From contig JAUYIT010000017.1 of NCBI GenBank assembly GCA_030688315.1, positions 2,845 to 66,844 of the forward strand: a DNA stretch of 64,000 nucleotides. The letters are read 5' to 3'. The position numbers and the translations under genes are program-made. Shown piece after piece: positions 57,793 through 64,000 of this stretch (position 1 is its first letter; each line of letters opens with the position of its first letter). The stretch is from Candidatus Komeilibacteria bacterium (GTDB lineage Bacteria; Patescibacteriota; Patescibacteriia; UBA1558; UBA10009). The notes beneath the pieces were generated by a model, which did not search any database, was not told the origin of the DNA, and was given only the letters and a program-made list of their open reading frames with translations.

Positions 57793-58335
57793 TTATCTTA
57801 ACCAATAGGTATTTATCAGCAGCATTGCTTCTATCTGTCCGGCGCTTTCAGTTAAAACTTTGGGTTTTACGGTTACTGAATCAACGGTCAGCTGAAAATT
57901 TAATTTTTCCAGTTCAGAGAGATAAGCGATCAGATCGGAAAACTGGCCCGTTAATTTGGCGCTTAAACCAAGTTGATCAATCTTTTCCGACCAGGCCTGG
58001 TAATCCTGACCCAAAGTAAGTTCCTGATCAAGTTGATATTTTGCGGCGATTGCTTCCAGCTGTTTAATCAACTCCAGTTCCTGGCCGCGGGGCATAAGCA
58101 ATTCGGCGGGCACGGGTAGTTTTTCGCTGAATTGCTGCCAATCCAGCGTGGCCTTGGTAAAACTATTGCCCTGCTCGCTGTTTGCTTCCAAATTGGCAAT
58201 TTCGGCTTTGACTGTTGCGTGAAATTTATTGATTTTGCCTAAAATCGGCCGATCGTAAATTAAAACAACCAAAACCAGCAGCAAGCTTATTACGCTTATT
58301 TTAACGGTTTCGGATTGGTTAAAAATCTTTTTCAT
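57793..58335 (-). CDS. pilO: Type IV pilus assembly protein PilO-like
   Basis: TM plus coiled coil; LTGQFSDLIAYLSELEKL motif; follows pilN. Confidence 0.78.
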   Translation of the reverse strand: MKKIFNQSETVKISVISLLLVLVVLIYDRPILGKINKFHATVKAEIANLEANSEQGNSFTKATLDWQQFSEKLPVPAELLMPRGQELELIKQLEAIAAKYQLDQELTLGQDYQAWSEKIDQLGLSAKLTGQFSDLIAYLSELEKLNFQLTVDSVTVKPKVLTESAGQIEAMLLINTYWLR

Positions 58336-58856
58336 CGTTTTAATTTACCTGTGATTTGAAAAGTAACCTCGTCCTTTTGTAAATAGTTTTCCAAAGGAGA
58401 ATCAATTTCCTCAAAAAAGGACGACCCGTTTAGCTTATTTTGAAAAACAATCAAAGCGTCGCGGGTTTTAGCAAAACCCTTAAGGGTAAAAATACCGTTG
58501 GAGGCAGAACCGTTAAATTCCAGCAGGGCAATTTCGGCGGGTGCCAGGCCGGCCAGTTCATTAATGGTCGCGCTCCAGCTGTAAAGCTGGTTTTTTATTT
58601 TAATCAAATCGCCGATTTCAGAATTAAGAACGTTTATTTTTTCGGTCAGTTCGGAGTTGCTGGCTAAAATCGCCGTTTTTAGGGCCTCATTAGCCAGTTG
58701 CTGGCCGTTGATTTGCTGGTCCAAGGGAATTAACCAGATTGCCGTTACCACCGCGGCCAGCAATAAAACACCGGCGCAATTTTTTATCAGCGTTTGCCAA
58801 TATTTAAGCTTTAGATTATGTTGTTGTTCCGGTGAAATCAGGTTTAAGGAAATCAT
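58332..58856 (-). CDS. pilN: Type IV pilus assembly protein PilN-like
   Basis: N-terminal LNLI.P motif; TM; LKGFAKTRDALIVF. Confidence 0.8.
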   Translation of the reverse strand: MISLNLISPEQQHNLKLKYWQTLIKNCAGVLLLAAVVTAIWLIPLDQQINGQQLANEALKTAILASNSELTEKINVLNSEIGDLIKIKNQLYSWSATINELAGLAPAEIALLEFNGSASNGIFTLKGFAKTRDALIVFQNKLNGSSFFEEIDSPLENYLQKDEVTFQITGKLKR

Positions 58857-58859
58857 AAA

Positions 58860-59900
58860 CTAGGGGTAAAATTGCCTTAAGGCCAGGCCGATGGCCGCGT
58901 TGTAAGATTGGATTTTATCTTCGGTCAGGGATAATTTTCCCATGGTCAGGTTAACCAGCGGATTGCCGATAACAACTTCCGTTTGCGTTTGCTCGGCCAG
59001 GTTTTCCGCCAGGTTTTTTAAACTGGAACCGTTGCCGGTCAAAATTATTTTGGAAATAAGGCCCTGCGGCTCTACGTGTTCGGCGTAAAAATATTTGGCT
59101 TCGCGGATTTCTTCCGCTAATTTGGCAATAACGGGCGCCAGAATTTTTTTGACTCCGCCTTGGGCCAAATCATTGCTTAAGCCGATTTTTCTTTTGGCCG
59201 TTTCCGCCTCCTCCAAGCTCAAGTTTAAACTGCTTTTTAGCAGTTTAGTCAGTTCATTGGAGGCAAAAGCCACCGATAAGTTGGCAACGATGTTGTTTTT
59301 TTTGTAAATAAACAAGCCGGTCCGGCTAAAACCCAAGTCAATCACCATTGTGGCTTGATCAATTTGTTGATTAGGTTTAAACAAAGCCCGCGCCAAAGAC
59401 ATGCTTTCCACTTCCAGCACCGCCGGCGTCAAGCCGGCACTGCTTAAAACAGTTTGAAAATTATCCACGATTTCTTTGGGGCAAACCGCGATAATCGCCT
59501 TGTTTTTGGAGGCGTCGGTAAATTGCCAATCAAGATAGGTTTTTTCCAGCGGATAGGGAATGTGGTTTTTGGCTTCGGCAATAACCTCCTCCACCGCGTT
59601 TTTATTTTTAGGGTAGGTTAAGTTAATTATTTTAATAAAGGTTTTGGGTTCAGGCAAACAGGCGGCAACGTAATGCGAAGACGATTTTGCTCCCACTACG
59701 TTTTGCAAAAGTTTTTTAAACAGCGCCACCGCCTTTTCCTGGCTGGCAAATTTACCGTCCTTAATTATGCCGGGCGGAACGCTGATTTCGCCGTAAGCGT
59801 CCAAAAACAGCTGGCCGCCGTTTTTTTTAAGACGGGCCAATCTAAAACAGCGTTCGCTGATATCCAGGCCAAAAGAATTTTGAATAAAGTTTGCCAGCAT
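58860..59900 (-). CDS. pilM: Type IV pilus assembly protein PilM
   Basis: FGLDIS, EAKNHIPYP, VIDLG, ILTGNGS, AAIGLALR (actin-like fold). Confidence 0.9.
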   Translation of the reverse strand: MLANFIQNSFGLDISERCFRLARLKKNGGQLFLDAYGEISVPPGIIKDGKFASQEKAVALFKKLLQNVVGAKSSSHYVAACLPEPKTFIKIINLTYPKNKNAVEEVIAEAKNHIPYPLEKTYLDWQFTDASKNKAIIAVCPKEIVDNFQTVLSSAGLTPAVLEVESMSLARALFKPNQQIDQATMVIDLGFSRTGLFIYKKNNIVANLSVAFASNELTKLLKSSLNLSLEEAETAKRKIGLSNDLAQGGVKKILAPVIAKLAEEIREAKYFYAEHVEPQGLISKIILTGNGSSLKNLAENLAEQTQTEVVIGNPLVNLTMGKLSLTEDKIQSYNAAIGLALRQFYP

Positions 59901-59940
59901 CTACTAGTTAATTAATTAATATATTATACCATATCTTACT

Positions 59941-61164
59941 CTAATATTCTTCTTCCCAATGGTTGACGTTGATTAAGGGCGAGGCAGCGGACAAACCTAG
60001 GGTTCTAAATACCCGGTTGGCATTGTAGTTGACGGATATGGCCTCCCATAAACTGCTTAAGGAAAAATTTCTGGCATAAACCGCTCCGCTGACGCTAAAA
60101 TCAAGGCCGCTGGCCGTTACGGTTATATCGCTATTGGCGTAAATAACCCCGTTAACGCTGATTTGGCTGGCATAACTGCCGATGTTAATATCGTGTTTGG
60201 CAAACAAGCCGACCGGTCCGTTGCCCGGATCGCTTAAGGAAACCGAGGCCTTATTAAGCCAATACGGCCACCAGCTGGTGCCGATGTTGATATTGTTTTT
60301 AGCGGCCAAAAAGCCGCTGACGCTGACCGTGGAACCGCGCGGTACGGTTATTTCGCCCTTTACGTAAACAGAGCCGTTTAAAACCAAATTGGGATTATCG
60401 GCCAGTAAATCTGCAAATTGATTTTGCGTGTAAACAAAATCGGCCTGATTAAGAAGTGAGTCGGGATCATTGGAGTCAAAGTCCAGTTGGGGCATGCTTA
60501 CGGTATCCGGCCGCGGCGGATAATTTTTAGCCAGTATTTCTTCAGCGTTAAGTTCGGAAAGCCAGGAAACGCTGACGTTATTAAAAGCCAGGGCTTTTTT
60601 GTCCACGTTTAAAACGCTGAAAAAATCCAGGTTAATTTGGTTGTTGGAAAAAACCGCGCTATCGTTGACCGACAAATTGGCGCCGCTTAAATCAAAGTTG
60701 TTGTTGGTAAAAACGCCGATTGAAGATGTGGCGGTTTCGCCTTGGGCCTGAAAAATAGTGGTTTTAACCACGCGCCGCGAAGTTTGGGCGCCGACCGTAA
60801 TGGTGCCGGTAGCGTGGATAACGGCTTCGCCCGCCAGCACGTTTTTAACGCCGACTTCGTATGATTGGCCGGTAACAAACAAATCTTCGCGCTCTATGGC
60901 GGCCTGCCAGGCGGGGTTGTTTTTAAAGTTATCGTTCCAGACCGGGTCGTGGTTGATTTTCCAAATGGCTTCCTGAACCCCGGCTTCGGTTAAATAATAA
61001 GTTTGGGCGGCTAAAATGTGGCTCTTGGCGATTTTTCTTTCGCTGATTATAAAATCAAAAAAATAATTCAACAGCAAAACCAGGCCCGACATGACAATCA
61101 TGACCAGGATGAGCACCGTTCCTTGCGGCTGATTTTTATGTGTAGAATTCATTCTCATTAGCAT
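59941..61164 (-). CDS. PilX-like minor pilin (large)
   Basis: G|TVLILVM without Glu5; YYLTEAGVQEA; C-terminal WEE; start may be 61152-61164. Confidence 0.78.
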   Translation of the reverse strand: MLMRMNSTHKNQPQGTVLILVMIVMSGLVLLLNYFFDFIISERKIAKSHILAAQTYYLTEAGVQEAIWKINHDPVWNDNFKNNPAWQAAIEREDLFVTGQSYEVGVKNVLAGEAVIHATGTITVGAQTSRRVVKTTIFQAQGETATSSIGVFTNNNFDLSGANLSVNDSAVFSNNQINLDFFSVLNVDKKALAFNNVSVSWLSELNAEEILAKNYPPRPDTVSMPQLDFDSNDPDSLLNQADFVYTQNQFADLLADNPNLVLNGSVYVKGEITVPRGSTVSVSGFLAAKNNINIGTSWWPYWLNKASVSLSDPGNGPVGLFAKHDINIGSYASQISVNGVIYANSDITVTASGLDFSVSGAVYARNFSLSSLWEAISVNYNANRVFRTLGLSAASPLINVNHWEEEY

Positions 61165-61169
61165 GGATT

Positions 61170-61327
61170 TAGTTCCGACAAAATTATTATTTTTTTCGCC
61201 TCATGAAGATGGGCAACAACAACTTTCTGTTCAAGTTAGCCAAACGCTCACGATCATCCTTTGTTGATTCAAGTCAGTCGCGCTGCAGGACACTCGGCTT
61301 CAAAAAACAATAACTTTGCCGGAACTA
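61170..61327 (-). repeat. 158-bp structured intergenic element (GA-loop element copy 5)
   Basis: 26-bp inverted arms whose three mismatches become G.U pairs on the minus strand; inner GCC-GA-GTG / CAT-GA-GGC. Confidence 0.7.
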
Positions 61328-61336
61328 CCTCTTCAA

Positions 61337-61930
61337 TCAATTCCTGGTATTTCTTCCCCAAATGCTGGTTAAAAAATGGCTGGCATTGTTGTTTTTTTTC
61401 AAGTTAATTTCAATGGTGGTCAGGTCAGCGCCGTAAAACCTAATTTGTTCAACGTATTCGGCGATAATTTTTTGTTCAATAACGGATTGTTCGGGCGGCT
61501 GGCCGAAGGAATCAACGGCGTTCCATTTAACCTTAGTGCCGGGCTCTTCGTTAAAATAGTAATACAATCTTTGCCGGTAAACCGCGCTTTGATCAAGGTA
61601 ATAGCGCAAATAAACTATTTCCGGCTGATCATGGCCATCTTGAAACATAATTTCCGCGGCTGGCGGCCAGCCGACCTGGTTTTTATCCGGCGGCAGATCA
61701 GTGGCGATTTCCGGTGTTTGCCTTAGTTCACGGCTCAAGCGGTCAAGTAAAATTCTGGCATTTTGGGAAATTTCCAAAAAATTATCGCCGGCCATAAAAA
61801 CCCGTTGGGAAACAATAAAGATATTATAAACCATAATCATGACCGCGACGGAAATAGTTAACACGCTGACTATTTCCGTTAGGGTAAAGCCGGCTTTAGA
61901 GCGAATCAATTTTTTTAACAACTTCGTCAT
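61337..61930 (-). CDS. Prepilin-type protein (PilW-like minor pilin)
   Basis: KAG|FTLTE class III signal; LSRELRQ. Confidence 0.85.
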   Translation of the reverse strand: MTKLLKKLIRSKAGFTLTEIVSVLTISVAVMIMVYNIFIVSQRVFMAGDNFLEISQNARILLDRLSRELRQTPEIATDLPPDKNQVGWPPAAEIMFQDGHDQPEIVYLRYYLDQSAVYRQRLYYYFNEEPGTKVKWNAVDSFGQPPEQSVIEQKIIAEYVEQIRFYGADLTTIEINLKKNNNASHFLTSIWGRNTRN

Positions 61931-62355
61931 TAATAATCGTTGATTAAACTAAACAGGTTTAAGCTGGAAGTGGCCTGGCTAAGGTTATTAAGCCAGCTGA
62001 CCGTGACGCTGATTTTTTTTAGGCCCAAATCAGCGGCCGAAGGATCCAAATTACCGTCAACGTAACTGACCACGGTGGTCCGGCTAAAACCGGAAAAATC
62101 AGCGTCCAAGCCGCTTAAATTGCTTTCCACGGTCGTGGCCGTTGGCGTTTCGGCATAATTGGCGCTGATCAGCTCTTCAATTTTGGCCTGGGCCAAAAAA
62201 GCGGCAATGGTTTCTTCCTGGCTAAGCGTGGAAATTTTTAGGCCGTGAGGAAACAGCGACGCCAAAAAAGTCACGGCCAATGTCAGAATGGCTAAAGCCA
62301 AAATAGTTTCCACCAGAGTTAGCCCTGATTGGTTAATTGTTTTCCCACGAAACAT
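61930..62355 (-). CDS. Prepilin-type protein (PilV-like minor pilin)
   Basis: QSG|LTLVE; AAFLAQAKIEEL; KKISVTVSW. Confidence 0.85.
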   Translation of the reverse strand: MFRGKTINQSGLTLVETILALAILTLAVTFLASLFPHGLKISTLSQEETIAAFLAQAKIEELISANYAETPTATTVESNLSGLDADFSGFSRTTVVSYVDGNLDPSAADLGLKKISVTVSWLNNLSQATSSLNLFSLINDY

Positions 62356-62785
62356 AGCCGGAAGGATGAATGGTTATTTTGATTTGCTGTCCGCTTTGAA
62401 GTGATTCCAAAATGATTTCGCCGCTTTGATCCGCGGCGCCGGTCGGGTTAAACACCACCTGATTGAGTAAAATACCGGTGGTGGAGGCAAAAAAAACCTG
62501 ATCGCTTAAGCTGTATTCTTCCGTAACTTGATTGGGCTGGATTAATTTTAGTTGGCGGTAATCGCCGGTTTGCAAATCCAGTTCTACGGCGAATTTGATT
62601 TGCCGGGTAACTGTTTCCTGCTGGGCCTGCTTTACCCGAGAGACAAAAATTTTGGCGCTGTTTTTTAAATCCTGATATTTGAGGTAGCCGTTAAAACTGG
62701 GAAAGGAAATGGCGGCGATTATAAAAATGATGGCCACGGCCACCGTCAGTTCCAATAATGATACGCCTTGGCGTTGACTGAACAT
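62333..62785 (-). CDS. Prepilin-type protein (FimT/GspH-like)
   Basis: RQG|VSLLE; VVFNPTG; ITIHPSG. Confidence 0.85.
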   Translation of the reverse strand: MFSQRQGVSLLELTVAVAIIFIIAAISFPSFNGYLKYQDLKNSAKIFVSRVKQAQQETVTRQIKFAVELDLQTGDYRQLKLIQPNQVTEEYSLSDQVFFASTTGILLNQVVFNPTGAADQSGEIILESLQSGQQIKITIHPSGYVSWENN

Positions 62786-62795
62786 AGATAATCTA

Positions 62796-63938
62796 CTAGC
62801 TGATATGTTCGGTTAAACTGTACATAGGCATAATAATGGCCACGGCCATGGCGCCCACGCCCACGCCCAACAGCAGCAACAACACCGGTTCAATTACGGT
62901 GGGCAAGGTTTTCATGATCTGATCGATTTCGTCTTCATGAAAATCCGCCAAATCGGTCAAAATTTCATCCACCCTGCCGGTTTCTTCGCCCGCCGCCACC
63001 ATCTGTATGATGACTGGAGGATACAGGTTCGGGTATTTTTGCAGCACCTGAGTCAGGCCCACGCCCTCCTTAAGTTCATTAAGGGAGCTTAACAAGGAGC
63101 GCCGGTACAAACTGTTGCCTAATATCTGCGCCGTAATTTCAAAGGATTTAACCAGAGAAATATCTGTTTTTAACAGCGAGCTTAAAGTGCGGGCAAATTT
63201 GGCAATATTAATTTTTTTGACAATCCCGCCCAAAATGGGGGTTTTTAAAAAAAGATAATGATAGTAATACTTGGTTTTTTCATTTTTGATGGTATAAATA
63301 ATCAGCCCGATAAACAAAATGGCGGCCAGTCCGGTTAACAAGCCGTTGTTTAAAATAAAGTTGGAAATGCCGATTAAAACTTTGGTCGGCAATGGTAGTT
63401 CGGCCTTCATTTCTACAAAAATAGCGGTAATTTTAGGCACCACAAAAATCATCATGCCAATGCCGATCAGCACCATGGCTGTAATAACAATAACCGGGTA
63501 AATCATGGCGCCGATAATCCGGCTTTTAAGCTCATGAGCTTTTTTGATTTGCAGATAAATCTGCTTGAGCACGTCTTCCAGTTTGCCGGAAATTTCCCCG
63601 GCTTGCACCATGCTGATGAACAAATGGCCAAAAACTTGCTCGTATTTGGACAAACTATCGGTAAAGGCCAGGCCTTTTTCGGTGCTGGCAGCCAAATCGG
63701 CAATGATTTTTTTGAATTTTTTATTACTGACCTGCTCGGCTAAAGTTTTTAAGGACCGGTCCAGGGGCAGGCCGCTGCGGATCATCACCTGTAAATTTTG
63801 GGTAAAAAAGATTTTTTCCTTATCGCTGACTGTGCCAATATCGTTCAGCTTGGCTAAAAATTTGGCTAACCAAGGTTTTTCCCTGGTTTTTTCCATACTT
63901 TGATGGCGTTGGTCGACTTTTTCCAAATCAATAGACAT
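62796..63938 (-). CDS. pilC: Type IV pilus platform protein PilC (GspF family)
   Basis: SGLPL..SL, GEISGKL, AMIYP, VVPK, AGEETG, IEPVL, IIMPMY. Confidence 0.93.
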   Translation of the reverse strand: MSIDLEKVDQRHQSMEKTREKPWLAKFLAKLNDIGTVSDKEKIFFTQNLQVMIRSGLPLDRSLKTLAEQVSNKKFKKIIADLAASTEKGLAFTDSLSKYEQVFGHLFISMVQAGEISGKLEDVLKQIYLQIKKAHELKSRIIGAMIYPVIVITAMVLIGIGMMIFVVPKITAIFVEMKAELPLPTKVLIGISNFILNNGLLTGLAAILFIGLIIYTIKNEKTKYYYHYLFLKTPILGGIVKKINIAKFARTLSSLLKTDISLVKSFEITAQILGNSLYRRSLLSSLNELKEGVGLTQVLQKYPNLYPPVIIQMVAAGEETGRVDEILTDLADFHEDEIDQIMKTLPTVIEPVLLLLLGVGVGAMAVAIIMPMYSLTEHIS

Positions 63939-63954
63939 ATTCAAAAATTATTAA

Positions 63955-64000
63955 TTATTCCTGTGTTACTCTTAATACTTCTTCCACGGTAGTTACGCCC
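63955..64000 (-). CDS. pilB: 3' end of the PilB/GspE assembly ATPase (partial)
   Basis: Minus strand translates to GVTTVEEVLRVTQE*, the canonical PilB C-terminus, directly upstream of pilC. Confidence 0.85.
   Translation of the reverse strand, partial: GVTTVEEVLRVTQE

Noticed and set aside
458-63903. Many 60-120 aa ORFs in the track overlapping larger genes
   Set aside because: They are antisense or out-of-frame shadows of well-supported genes with no motifs of their own
1-64000. CRISPR array, rRNA, integrase, transposase, reverse transcriptase or defence genes
   Set aside because: No regularly spaced direct repeats and no ORFs with the relevant catalytic motifs were seen
1-64000. Alternative genetic code (TGA read as Gly or Trp)
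   Set aside because: Genes end at TGA where the next gene begins (for example 9162, 13585, 21269), and conserved proteins are full length under code 11

Overview
Gene-dense bacterial DNA in standard code 11 (TGA is used as a stop), most likely from a Patescibacteria/CPR genome. That assignment is an inference from AT-rich leaders without Shine-Dalgarno sites, CPR-type surface proteins and a monoderm-style pilMNO cluster with no secretin. Most of the window is cell-envelope glycan biosynthesis: many GT2/GT4/GT-C enzymes, two O-antigen-ligase-like proteins, ugd, two uxs paralogs, rmlABCD and wzz. Embedded in it are SAM-cycle genes (metK, ahcY, an adenosine-kinase-like PfkB enzyme, a HIT protein) and a VTC/DUF4956 module. 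Housekeeping genes (murA, ctpA, rplI, pyrG, tRNA-Gln), accessory surface proteins and a type IV pilus operon follow. The most unusual signals come from the raw sequence. (1) A 9-bp-phased TGTAYA/TGTCAA operator-like motif is shared by four promoter regions, one of them the promoter of a toxin-less Phd/YefM gene, suggesting an orphan-antitoxin regulon. (2) Five intergenic hairpins have different sequences but the same tandem GA/GA internal-loop architecture. (3) A three-gene operon carries SD sites, a boxA-like/G.U-hairpin leader and CBM48-like secreted proteins. (4) An unannotated 39-aa basic ORF has its own promoter, back-to-back with tRNA-Gln. (5) A UXS enzyme is fused to half a glycosyltransferase. 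(6) Short palindromes are inserted in frame in a gene and into a terminator loop. No CRISPR array, rRNA, integrase or transposase was seen. All family calls are from motif recognition only; no database searches were run.
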